From the NCBI GenBank assembly GCA_019116705.1, contig DXBF01000054.1, forward strand, positions 93,304 through 157,303: a DNA stretch of 64,000 nucleotides, read 5' to 3'. This document shows, piece by piece, positions 1-8,629 of this stretch; position 1 is the stretch's first letter; every line of letters begins with the position of its first letter. The notes under the pieces are model-generated. The model ran no database searches. It worked only from the letters and a program-made list of their open reading frames with translations, and was not told the origin of the DNA. Both the position numbers and the translations under genes were made by a program. This DNA comes from Candidatus Gemmiger avistercoris (GTDB lineage: Bacteria; Bacillota; Clostridia; Oscillospirales; Ruminococcaceae).

Positions 1-1685
1 GCCAGTTGTTGGAAAACGGCATGGATGTTGCCCGCTTTAACTTTTCCCATGGCGACTACAAGGAGCACAAAGGTCGTCTGGATACGCTGCGTGCCCTGAC
101 GGCTGAAATGGATCTGCCCGTTCCGGCCATGCTGGATACCAAGGGCCCCGAGATCCGTCTGGGCGAGTTTGCCAACGGCACCGAAAACCTGACCGCCGGC
201 CAGCATTTTACGCTGACCACCCGCAATGTGGAAGGCACCAACGAGATCTGTTCCGTCACTTACAAAGACCTGCCTCATGACGTGGAGCCCGGCGGCCGCA
301 TCATGCTGGACGACGGCCTGATCGAGTTGAAGATCGACGAGGTCACCGACACCGATATCCACTGCACCGTGCAGAACGACGGCGTCATCAAAACCAAAAA
401 AGGCGTTAACGTACCCGGCGTTCATCTGTCGATGCCCTACATGAGCCAGCGTGACCGCAACGACATTCTGTTCGGCATCGAACAGGGCTTTGACCTGATC
501 TCCGCCAGCTTCACCCGCAATGCGCAGGACATCATGGAGATCCGTCACCTGCTGGACGAGCACAACTGCACGATGCGCATTATCGCCAAGATCGAAAACC
601 AGGAAGGCATCGACAACATCGACGAGATCCTGACGGTCGCCGACGGCATCATGGTCGCCCGCGGCGATATGGGCGTCGAGATCGACTTTGCGGAGATCCC
701 TGCGATCCAGAAGCACCTGATCGACCGCGCCATGCGCGCCGGCAAGATCTGCATCACCGCCACCCAGATGCTGGATTCCATGATCGTCAACCCGCGCCCC
801 ACCCGTGCCGAGATCACCGACGTGGCCAACGCCATCTATGACGGTACCGGGGCCATCATGCTTTCCGGCGAAACGGCTGCAGGCAAATACCCCGTGGAGG
901 CGCTCAAGGCCATGTCCACCATCGCCATCACGACCGAAGCCGATTCCAATTTTGACATGCTGGTCCACCACACCGGCTCCCTGGACACTCATCTGACCAT
1001 CAGCGCGGCGGTCGGCCATGCAGCCTGCACCACTGCCGCCGACATCGGCGCTTCCGCTATCATCTCCGCTTCCAAGAGCGGCGAAACGGCCCGCCTGCTG
1101 AGCCGCTTCCGCCCGGACACGCCCGTCATCGCCTGTGTGCTGGATGAGCGCACCCGCCGCCAGATGAATGTGTACCGTGGCGTCACCCCGCTGCTGATGG
1201 ACTACGCCAATTCCACCGACGAGCTCATCAGCATGTCGGTGGCCGCAGCCGAGAAGGCCGGTCTTGTCCATTCCGGCGATCTGGCAGTCGTTACGGCCGG
1301 CGTCCCGGTCGGTATTTCCGGCACTACCAACATGATCAAGATCCATATGGTCGGTGATTCGCTGCTGGCCGGCGTTGGCATCGGCCAGCACAATGCCAAA
1401 GGTGAAGTCTGCGTGTGCCGCAACACTGCAGAAGCCGCCAAGAAATTCAAGCCCGGCCAGATCCTGGTCGTTCCCTTCACCACCAACGACGCGTTGCCCT
1501 ACATGCGCGAGGCGGCCGGCATCATTGCCGAAGAAGCCGGCACCAACAGCCATTCCGCCATCGTCGGCCTGACGCTGGACAAGGCGGTCATCGTCGGTGC
1601 CACCAATGCCACCCGGACGCTGAAAGACGGCATGACCGTTTCCATAGACTGCGTGCGCGGCGTGGTACAGGCCATGGCCGACTGA
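1..1685 (+). CDS. pyk: Pyruvate kinase with C-terminal PEP-utilising swivel domain (5' end truncated by window)
   Basis: Motifs ARFNFSHG, LDTKGPEIR, IIAKIEN, DGIMVARGDMGVE, ATQMLDSM, PTRAE, MLSGETAAG; C-terminal SHSAIVG swivel domain. Confidence 0.97.
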   Translation, partial: QLLENGMDVARFNFSHGDYKEHKGRLDTLRALTAEMDLPVPAMLDTKGPEIRLGEFANGTENLTAGQHFTLTTRNVEGTNEICSVTYKDLPHDVEPGGRIMLDDGLIELKIDEVTDTDIHCTVQNDGVIKTKKGVNVPGVHLSMPYMSQRDRNDILFGIEQGFDLISASFTRNAQDIMEIRHLLDEHNCTMRIIAKIENQEGIDNIDEILTVADGIMVARGDMGVEIDFAEIPAIQKHLIDRAMRAGKICITATQMLDSMIVNPRPTRAEITDVANAIYDGTGAIMLSGETAAGKYPVEALKAMSTIAITTEADSNFDMLVHHTGSLDTHLTISAAVGHAACTTAADIGASAIISASKSGETARLLSRFRPDTPVIACVLDERTRRQMNVYRGVTPLLMDYANSTDELISMSVAAAEKAGLVHSGDLAVVTAGVPVGISGTTNMIKIHMVGDSLLAGVGIGQHNAKGEVCVCRNTAEAAKKFKPGQILVVPFTTNDALPYMREAAGIIAEEAGTNSHSAIVGLTLDKAVIVGATNATRTLKDGMTVSIDCVRGVVQAMAD

Positions 1686-1695
1686 GGCAGCCGCT

Positions 1696-2166
1696 ATGGA
1701 ACGCATTGCAAGTTTTTGTGTCGATCACACACGGCTGATGCCCGGCATGTATCTTTCGCGCCGGGATGGCGCCGACGGTGAGATCCTGACTTGGGATATT
1801 CGCATGAAGCGCCCCAACCAGGGGCAGTACCTCTCCCCTGCCGCCGCCCATACGATCGAACATCTGTTCGCCACGTTTGCCCGCAACAGCAAATACGGCA
1901 AGCATGTGGTCTATGTCGGGCCGATGGGCTGCCTGACCGGGTTCTATCTGCTGACGACCGGCCTTACGGATGCCGAGGCACTGGATCTGGTGCGCAGTGC
2001 TTTTGCCTGGATGGCCGCTTACGACGGCGAGATCCCCGGCGCTTCGGCCGCCGAATGCGGGAATTATCGGATGATGGATCCCGCAGCCGCCCGCGCGGAG
2101 GCCGCCGCCATGCTGCCGGTACTGAACGCCCTGGCTCCTGACCATCTGCGCTATTCAAACAGCTAA
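1696..2166 (+). CDS. luxS: S-ribosylhomocysteine lyase
   Basis: SFxVDHT, HTIEH metal motif, GPMGCLTGFY, CGNY; GAGG RBS. Confidence 0.95.
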   Translation: MERIASFCVDHTRLMPGMYLSRRDGADGEILTWDIRMKRPNQGQYLSPAAAHTIEHLFATFARNSKYGKHVVYVGPMGCLTGFYLLTTGLTDAEALDLVRSAFAWMAAYDGEIPGASAAECGNYRMMDPAAARAEAAAMLPVLNALAPDHLRYSNS

Positions 2167-2172
2167 AAGCTA

Positions 2173-2206
2173 AAAGCGGGAGACCACCGATGGCCTCCCG
2201 CTTCTT
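2173..2206 (+). terminator. Intrinsic terminator after luxS
   Basis: GCGGGAG...CTCCCGC stem followed by TTCTT. Confidence 0.65.
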
Positions 2207-2222
2207 GTATCCCACAAGCAGC

Positions 2223-2258
2223 AGCGCCCCCGCCGCAGCGGGGGCGCTATTGTTTTTC
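2223..2258. terminator. Second GC-rich hairpin between convergent luxS and pta
   Basis: AGCGCCCCCGC-CGCA-GCGGGGGCGCT with T-rich tail on +. Confidence 0.6.
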
Positions 2259-2261
2259 TAC

Positions 2262-3227
2262 TCAGATCAGAGCGGCGGTGATCAGCGCCATCTTGTAGAC
2301 CTCTTCGGCATTGCAGCCGCGAGAAAGGTCGTTGATCGGCGCGTTCAGGCCCTGCAGGATGGGGCCGTAAGCCTCAAACCCGCCCAGGCGCTGTGCGATC
2401 TTGTAGCCGATGTTGCCGGCATTGATATCCGGGAAAATAAAGGTATTGGCGTAACCGGCCACCGCAGAACCGGGGGCTTTCAGCTGGCCCACTTCCGGGG
2501 CGACCGCCGCGTCGAACTGCAGTTCACCATCCACCTTCAACTCGGGATGCGCTTCCTTCACGCGCTCCGTGGCATTGCGCATTTTGTCTACGCTGTCGCC
2601 CTTGCCGGACCCCTTGGTGGAGTAGGAAAGCAGCGCCACACGGGGGTCGATCCCGAAGACCTGTGCCGTGCGGGCAGTTTCCACCGTGCACTCCACCACT
2701 TCGTCCTCACTGGGATCAATATTGATGGCGCAGTCGCCCATCGCCAGGCTTTCCTCGCCGCGCATCAGAATAAAGCAGGAACTCACCGACTTGATGCCGG
2801 GTTTGCACTTGATCAGCTGCAGTGCCGGACGGACGGTATCCGCCGTGGAATAGGTAGCGCCTCCCAGCAGGCAATCCGCCTTGCCCATTTTCACAAGCAT
2901 TGTACCGAAGTAGTTGGACTTGGCCAATGCGGCACGGCACTGATCTTCGGTCATCTTGCCCTTACGCAGTTCCACCATCTTGGCGACCATCTCATCAAAA
3001 CCCTCATACGCAGCAGGGTCAATGATCTCTGCACCCGTGATGTCAAAGTTCCCGTCGGCGGCCGCTTTTCTGACGGCTTCCGGCTCCCCCAGCAAGATCA
3101 CACGCAGCGTTTTGCCCGCCAGCAGACGGCTGGCCGCAGACAAAATACGTGCGTCGGTGCCTTCCGTAAAAACGATGGACTTGGATTCAGCCCGCAGCTT
3201 TTCTTCAAACTTTTCAAAAATGGACAT
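2262..3227 (-). CDS. pta: Phosphate acetyltransferase
   Basis: IVFTEG, TADTVRPALQ, DGELQFDAA, FIFPDINAGNIGYK, PINDLSRGC; GGAGG upstream of ATG at 3227. Confidence 0.96.
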   Translation of the reverse strand: MSIFEKFEEKLRAESKSIVFTEGTDARILSAASRLLAGKTLRVILLGEPEAVRKAAADGNFDITGAEIIDPAAYEGFDEMVAKMVELRKGKMTEDQCRAALAKSNYFGTMLVKMGKADCLLGGATYSTADTVRPALQLIKCKPGIKSVSSCFILMRGEESLAMGDCAINIDPSEDEVVECTVETARTAQVFGIDPRVALLSYSTKGSGKGDSVDKMRNATERVKEAHPELKVDGELQFDAAVAPEVGQLKAPGSAVAGYANTFIFPDINAGNIGYKIAQRLGGFEAYGPILQGLNAPINDLSRGCNAEEVYKMALITAALI

Positions 3228-3286
3228 AAAGACAACTACCTCCATATCTTTGGCGCAGAATCCCTCTGCATAGCGTTGACAGCCTC

Positions 3287-3314
3287 ATTATAGCATTGAT
3301 TTTGACTTTTGCAA
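3287..3314 (-). promoter_or_regulatory. Sigma-A promoter of pta
   Basis: TTGCAA-16-TATAAT with extended TG on minus strand. Confidence 0.6.
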
Positions 3315-3423
3315 AGGAACTGCGCCCCGGCCCTTCCGATTGCGCAAAAAATATGCGAAACCTGACGCAACCGCAAGATATTTCACAAAGTTAATAAAAT
3401 ATCAAACCGTATGACGTGTGCTT

Positions 3424-3654
3424 TTATGGATTCTGACATGGCGGTTCGTAACCGTACGCACGGTAAAACGCCGTGCGGTCGGCTTCACTGCGGACCACAA
3501 CAGCCTGCAGCAGCCGCCCGGTCTGCGGTTGCCGGAAACCGATCAGCGTCTCTCCCGTGCACACGCTGCTCTGCGTGGCAATGTCCTTTTCGCCCAACCC
3601 GGGCGGCGGTTGAAGCAGCGGCTTCTTCCGCTTTTTAAAAAATCCCCGCCACAT
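3424..3654 (-). CDS. Small conserved hypothetical protein (SxCTGExxxGF motif)
   Basis: GGAGG RBS before ATG at 3654; QSSVCTGETLIGF resembles a small clostridial protein family; overlaps upstream gene. Confidence 0.7.
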   Translation of the reverse strand: MWRGFFKKRKKPLLQPPPGLGEKDIATQSSVCTGETLIGFRQPQTGRLLQAVVVRSEADRTAFYRAYGYEPPCQNP

Positions 3655-3919
3655 AGTTGCCTCCTGCCAGCCAGACGCCAATCAGGATCTCAGCGGCCAG
3701 GATCAGCGGCATCCCCACCACAAAGTACCAGTGCTTTGTCTTGTGGCGGAAAAGGTACATTCCAACGATCGCGCCGAGGCTCCCGCCCAGCAGCGCCGCC
3801 GCAAACAGCGTGCGCTCCGAAATCCGCCACCGGCGCGCCCTTGCCCGCCGTTTGTCCGCCGCCATCAGGCCGAACGATACCAGATTGACACAAACCAGAT
3901 AAAACAACAGTATTTTCAT
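3635..3919 (-). CDS. DUF1294 family membrane protein
   Basis: DKRRA...WRISERTL...GGSLG...FRHKTKH signature. Confidence 0.9.
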   Translation of the reverse strand: MKILLFYLVCVNLVSFGLMAADKRRARARRWRISERTLFAAALLGGSLGAIVGMYLFRHKTKHWYFVVGMPLILAAEILIGVWLAGGNYVAGIF

Positions 3920-3925
3920 ACCTGC

Positions 3926-3954
3926 ATTATATCCGATTTTTTCCCCTGGGGCAA
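3926..3954 (-). promoter_or_regulatory. Sigma-A promoter, probably giving a leaderless DUF1294 mRNA
   Basis: TTGCCC-17-TATAAT, then 6 nt, then ATG; no Shine-Dalgarno. Confidence 0.65.
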
Positions 3955-4085
3955 GAGCATTCCGGGGCACGCCCCTTTGGCCCTGCCGCTATAGAAACGC
4001 AGCGGGCGGCCCCCTCTGCCCAGCTGCCGCCCTCTGGCTTGCAGTACAAAGGGCGCTATTGCTGCAAACCCACAAGCGTTTTGCC

Positions 4086-5429
4086 TTATTCGGTTTTTCC
4101 GTCTTCCTGTGTGATCTCACGGTAATCGGGGTTTCCGGACAGGAAGTCTTCGAACGAAATAACCCCCGTACGCGTGTGGACCGCTTCTGTCGTTGCCAGT
4201 TCGCCGTCCGCGTCGATATATTCCACCTGCTGCCGCTGTTCGGCAAAAGCGACCGCCAGTTCCTCCTCCCCCTGGGCCATGATCATAATGGGGCGTTCTG
4301 AAGCGTTGCTGACGTATTCCAGCGGGCATTCCTGCACAGCGCCGCTCTCCAGGTCCAGCGCATAGCGTTGGATACGGTCGATCCCCCACGGTCCCCACAC
4401 CGTCAGCAGCAAACGCCCCGGCAGCATACGTTCCAGATAAAATATGGTTTCCCCCTGCGAATGAAGGATCTCCTCCGGCCAGGCCACCGCCAGTTCCCCG
4501 GTCTGGCCGTCCGGCGTCATCCAGTGCAGATCGTCGGGCCGGTTGTCGCTGCACCAGTAAAGACGCCCGCCGTCCCACAGCACCGTCCGCCCCGTGGAAC
4601 CATAGTGGGAGGTCCAGGTAGTCACATCCCGCTGTTCGCCGGTGTCCGGGGACCAGAGAAAGACGCGGTGCTCGGCCTCCGTCTTGCTCAGTTCCTCCTC
4701 GTAGGCGTCGTTCAGCACCCGGGCTTCCTCCTCGGTGGTATCTTCCGGGATATTCAACGGCGGTATTTGCTCCCACTGGATCTGCCAGGCCAGGACTTCC
4801 CGCCCGCTGACGCCCAAAAAATACTGGGGAGGTCCCTCGGGCAGTTCCGCCTGCGGCGTGACGGCGCCGTCCGCCAGCGACACACGCAGCACCCTGCCGT
4901 AATACCCGCGTTCCACCTCTTCCATCCACTGGACCACATAGATATTTTCCGCATCGGCACAGAGCACCTGCCCCAGACGATCGATCGACGCCAGTTCACG
5001 CCGCTCGCTTCCGTCGCTTTCTGCCAGCCAGAGCGTGGTGGGACCGTTTATTCCTTCGCTCACCCCGTACACGATGGCGCCGTCCTGCAGGGCGTAGACG
5101 CCCCGCACGCTCTCATCCGAAAGGAAGCGCCCCTCGCAGGCGTCGCTGTCATGGCTGCATCCCGGCTTACTGCACAATATGCGGTTCTCCGCCGATGCAT
5201 AGTCCAGAAAATACAATCCGCTGTTCTCTTTTTCCGCCAGCCCTGTGTTGTAAGTTCCCCGGGCGGTATCCAGGCTGGGCAGATACAACGGCAGCCCGGC
5301 GGCCGGGTCGGCGGCAGGCGCTGTTTCTGCCGTCGCGGGAACGGCGGAAGGTTCCTGCGCGGCCGGCACACAGCCGTACAGCGCCGTCAGGCAGCCTAAG
5401 ACCGCCAGTAAGGCAAAGATCCGCTTCAT
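4086..5429 (-). CDS. Secreted lipoprotein, probably beta-propeller-like, function unknown
   Basis: Signal peptide with lipobox (LYGC); CSKPGCSHDSDAC motif; AGGAG RBS before ATG at 5429. Confidence 0.8.
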   Translation of the reverse strand: MKRIFALLAVLGCLTALYGCVPAAQEPSAVPATAETAPAADPAAGLPLYLPSLDTARGTYNTGLAEKENSGLYFLDYASAENRILCSKPGCSHDSDACEGRFLSDESVRGVYALQDGAIVYGVSEGINGPTTLWLAESDGSERRELASIDRLGQVLCADAENIYVVQWMEEVERGYYGRVLRVSLADGAVTPQAELPEGPPQYFLGVSGREVLAWQIQWEQIPPLNIPEDTTEEEARVLNDAYEEELSKTEAEHRVFLWSPDTGEQRDVTTWTSHYGSTGRTVLWDGGRLYWCSDNRPDDLHWMTPDGQTGELAVAWPEEILHSQGETIFYLERMLPGRLLLTVWGPWGIDRIQRYALDLESGAVQECPLEYVSNASERPIMIMAQGEEELAVAFAEQRQQVEYIDADGELATTEAVHTRTGVISFEDFLSGNPDYREITQEDGKTE

Positions 5430-5466
5430 GGTATGCTCCTTTCTTTTCAAAGACTGTGTGACACGG

Positions 5467-6180
5467 TCAGGTTTCTGCCGCCGAAGAGTTCCACGGCTTT
5501 TCCGTCTGCGACTTTGCTTCCAGTGTGAATTGGCCGTCCCGCCAGCGGCAGGCAAGCGCCAGCTGCCCAGCCTGCGACCAGGCGCGCGCGCCTTCCTCCG
5601 ACGGAAGCGCTTCCCAGTCCGTCAGGGCATCCAGCCCCAGGTAACTGCGGTAAGCGTCAAGATTCGGGGCCAGATCGGTGGGGATCTGTGTTGCCGAAAC
5701 GGTGCAGGAGACGACGCAGTCTGTCTTTTCCTGCCAGCAGGCCGTCACCGCGTACGCGGTCTGCTCCTCTTCCGGCAGCACCAGCCAGGTGGCGCTGGCA
5801 AAGCCATTTTCCAGCTTGCGGGTCGTATCGGCAGGCTGCTGCGCCATGATCCAGCCCGCCCGCTTTGTCACCGGCTCCGGCAGCGTGCCCGCCGCCGACA
5901 GGGCGGCCAGCTTTTCCTGCAGTTCCTGCTGCACCTGCTGTTCGTCCGCCGATGTTTCCAAGGCCGTGGCCGGCGCAAAGCGGTTGCGATACAAAGCGTA
6001 CGCGAGCGGTACCGCCTGCCCCTGGGCGCTGAGGGCGTCTGCCTGCACCGGGCGCAGGGTGCCCCGCTTTTGCAGCCAGACGTCGCTCCCGGCGCGGTAA
6101 ACGAACGGCAGCCCAAGCGACAAGAGGCAGACCGCCGACAAGAAAAGCAATACCAGCCGCGTTCCCGTTTGCCTGCTCAT
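5467..6180 (-). CDS. Hypothetical membrane-anchored protein, possible two-component accessory
   Basis: N-terminal hydrophobic helix; ATGA overlap with kinase stop; GGAGG RBS. Confidence 0.75.
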   Translation of the reverse strand: MSRQTGTRLVLLFLSAVCLLSLGLPFVYRAGSDVWLQKRGTLRPVQADALSAQGQAVPLAYALYRNRFAPATALETSADEQQVQQELQEKLAALSAAGTLPEPVTKRAGWIMAQQPADTTRKLENGFASATWLVLPEEEQTAYAVTACWQEKTDCVVSCTVSATQIPTDLAPNLDAYRSYLGLDALTDWEALPSEEGARAWSQAGQLALACRWRDGQFTLEAKSQTEKPWNSSAAET

Positions 6181-7577
6181 GGCGTCACCTCCTTCAATGT
6201 GATCCATACCGTTGTGCCCTGCCCCGCTGCGCTTTCGATCTGCAGCCGGGCGCCGTGGGCCTGCGCGATCTGCGCGCAGATGGTAAGCCCCAGCCCGTTG
6301 CCGCCGCTCATGCGGGAACGGCTTTTGTCCACCCGGTAGAAGGGTTCCGTCAGTTTTTCCAGTTCCTCCGGCGGGATGCCCGTGCCGGCGTCGGTAACGC
6401 CGACGCGCACTCCGTCCGCTGTTTCCTTGTTCCAGAACAGGATCGTCCCGCCCGATTCGTCGGCATGGGCCGCGTTGAGGATCAGGTTGCGCAGCAGAGC
6501 CGTCAACAGAGGGCGGTCGGCGCGCACCGCCGCATCTTTTCCCTCCCACCGCAGCCGTGGCTCCAGTTCCGGCAAGCTGCGGCGCACATCGCCCCAGACT
6601 GCGCTCAGTTTCACATCCTGCAGGGCCACGCCCCCCTGCTCCAGCCCGAACAGGAGCAGCAGTTCCCGGCTCAATTCCTCCAGACGCTGCGATTCATGGT
6701 AGATGTACCCGGCCGCGCGGTGGCGCTTATCCGGGGCCTGTTCCCCGCTGCGCAGCAGATTGGCATAGCCCAGAATGGCCGTCATCGGCGTTTTCAGTTC
6801 ATGGCTGAAAGCCGCCACGAACCGTTTCTGCCGGGCGCTCTCCTCCCGCAAAGCCTGCACCTGGTTTTCCACAGCTTCCGCCATGGTATTGAACGTGTTG
6901 CCCAGGTGTTCCAGTTCGTCCCGGCTTCGGATCTGTACCCGTGCCGTAAGGTCCCCGCGGGACAGCGTCCGGCTCGCTGTTTCCAGCTGGCGCAGCGGCT
7001 GGGTCAGCAGCCGCGCCACGATCAGGGCCGCCGCGCCCACCAGCAGCAGTACGCCGCCCACGCGGAACAGGTCTTGCCGGATCAGACGGTCGCGTTCTGC
7101 AAACTGGTTCCCGGCGTCATAGGCGTTGACCAGCCAAAGCGGACGCTCCGCACCTCACATCCGGGTGCAGAGGATCTGGTACGAATCCGCCCCGTCGGCG
7201 TGATACAACACCTGGTGCTCCCCGGCGGCGGCCGCCTCCTGCTGTTTGGCATAGGGGATGGCAAATGGCATCGTGGAATACAGTACCGTCCCCTGTTCCC
7301 CCAGTACCGAGAACCAGGTCCGGCCCTTGCCCAAGGCCTGTTCCTGCGCCTCATACTGCTGCATCAGCGAAAGGAACGTTCCGATGCTGTCGTCTTCCGA
7401 GCCCGCCAGCAGGGCTTCCAGCGTATAACGCTGCTGCATCTGCGCTTCACTGTGGGTCTGCGCCGCCACCTCCAGTTCCCGGACGAAACTTCGGTGGACT
7501 GACCAGGTCCCGCTCACCGAAAGCACCAGGCAGACCGGCAGCACGATCGCCAGCGCTACTTTCTGGGAAAATTTCAT
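6177..7577 (-). pseudogene. Sensor histidine kinase (TM-sensor-TM-HAMP-HisKA-HATPase) interrupted by one in-frame TGA at 7155-7157
   Basis: ORFs 7155-7577 and 6177-7061 share a frame; reading through TGA gives ...CTRM*GAERPLWLVNAYD... into TM2; H-box SHELKTP, N-box NLILNA, G-boxes intact. Confidence 0.85.
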
Positions 7578-8233
7578 GGTTCCTCCTCCAGCAGATAGCC
7601 GATTTTGGGCACCGCCCGCAGCTGGCTGCCCCACCCCAGCTTTTTGCGCAGGCGGCTGATGTGGATATCCAGTGTGCGGGGCATCACATCACAGTCCAAT
7701 CCCCACACACGTTCCAGCAGTACGTCGCGGTACAGCGCGATGCCCCGGTTGTAGACCAGCACCATCAGCAGGTCGTACTCCTTGGGTTTCAGGCGGATCT
7801 CGGCCCCGTCCCGGGTGACGGTGCGGCTCTCGGGCTGGATCTCGATACCCCAGACCCGGATCGTCTGCCTGCGCCGCCCGGTGTGGCGCATCAGGCCGTC
7901 CACCCTTGCCAGCAGTTCCTCCGCCGCAAAAGGCTTGACGATGTAATCATACGCCCCGGCGCGCAGGCCGCGCACCCGGTCTTCCACCGACGCTCGGGCC
8001 GTGAGGAAGATCACCGGCGTTCCCGTAGGTGTGATGTAATCCATCAGAGCAAACCCGTCCACGCCGGGCAGCATCACATCCAGCAGAATCAGATCGAACG
8101 CGCGCTTTTCGATCAGGTCGGCGGCTTCCTCGCCGCTGCCCACCTTGCTGCATACATAGCCGAAGGGTTCCAGCGTCATTTCGATGAGGTCCGCGATAGC
8201 TTTTTCATCCTCCACGATCAGTACCTGGTTCAT
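7574..8233 (-). CDS. OmpR/PhoB family response regulator
   Basis: LIVEDE, LLDVMLPG, DYIVKPF, winged helix RTLDIHISRLRKKL, VPKIGY. Confidence 0.95.
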   Translation of the reverse strand: MNQVLIVEDEKAIADLIEMTLEPFGYVCSKVGSGEEAADLIEKRAFDLILLDVMLPGVDGFALMDYITPTGTPVIFLTARASVEDRVRGLRAGAYDYIVKPFAAEELLARVDGLMRHTGRRRQTIRVWGIEIQPESRTVTRDGAEIRLKPKEYDLLMVLVYNRGIALYRDVLLERVWGLDCDVMPRTLDIHISRLRKKLGWGSQLRAVPKIGYLLEEEP

Positions 8234-8369
8234 GGCGTCCTCCTCCCTGTTCTCTGCCTTTTATTATAGCGTACAGCGTTTCCAAAACATTGCCAACCCC
8301 AAAATATATTGAGGGCTGTTTTCTCCTCGCGGAAAAACCGCCGCCCGCAGAGTCCGGCACAATATCCCC

Positions 8370-8629
8370 CAGGTGATGATAAGCACCGCCTGGTCGATAC
8401 CTTCATCCATGCCGTCTATCTGACCGACGATTCCGCTTTTGTGCAATTTAACATATCCTACCCCGTAAACGACAAAAGCACCACGCTCGAAAGCGTGGTG
8501 CTCGATCTGCTGCATGGTAACCCCGATGAAAATATAGACGTTCCAACGTCTAAAATCATGGGGTTCGACCATGTTGCACTTGGTGGAGCTGACGGGAGTC
8601 GAACCCGTGTCCGAAAAGAAATCGGTTAG
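8370..8629 (+). pseudogene. Remnant resembling the C-terminus of a large serine recombinase at the tmRNA 3' end
   Basis: HRLVDTFIHAVYLTDD..VQFN resembles LSR C-terminal motifs; frame runs antisense into ssrA ending GGADGSRTRVRKEIG*; no catalytic domain or RBS; left boundary approximate. Confidence 0.55.
8467..8502 (-). terminator. Probable ssrA terminator inside the recombinase remnant
   Basis: Perfect 11-bp stem AGCACCACGCT/AGCGTGGTGCT, UUCG loop on minus strand, then TTTGTCGTTT. Confidence 0.7.

Noticed and set aside
3371-3406. Rex-like operator upstream of pta
   Set aside because: Only one good half-site (TTCACAA) and a second candidate with four mismatches, about 60 bp upstream of the -35; too weak
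7130-7160. Selenocysteine recoding of the kinase TGA
   Set aside because: Only a 5-bp hairpin follows, there is no redox-motif context, and a sensor loop is an implausible Sec site
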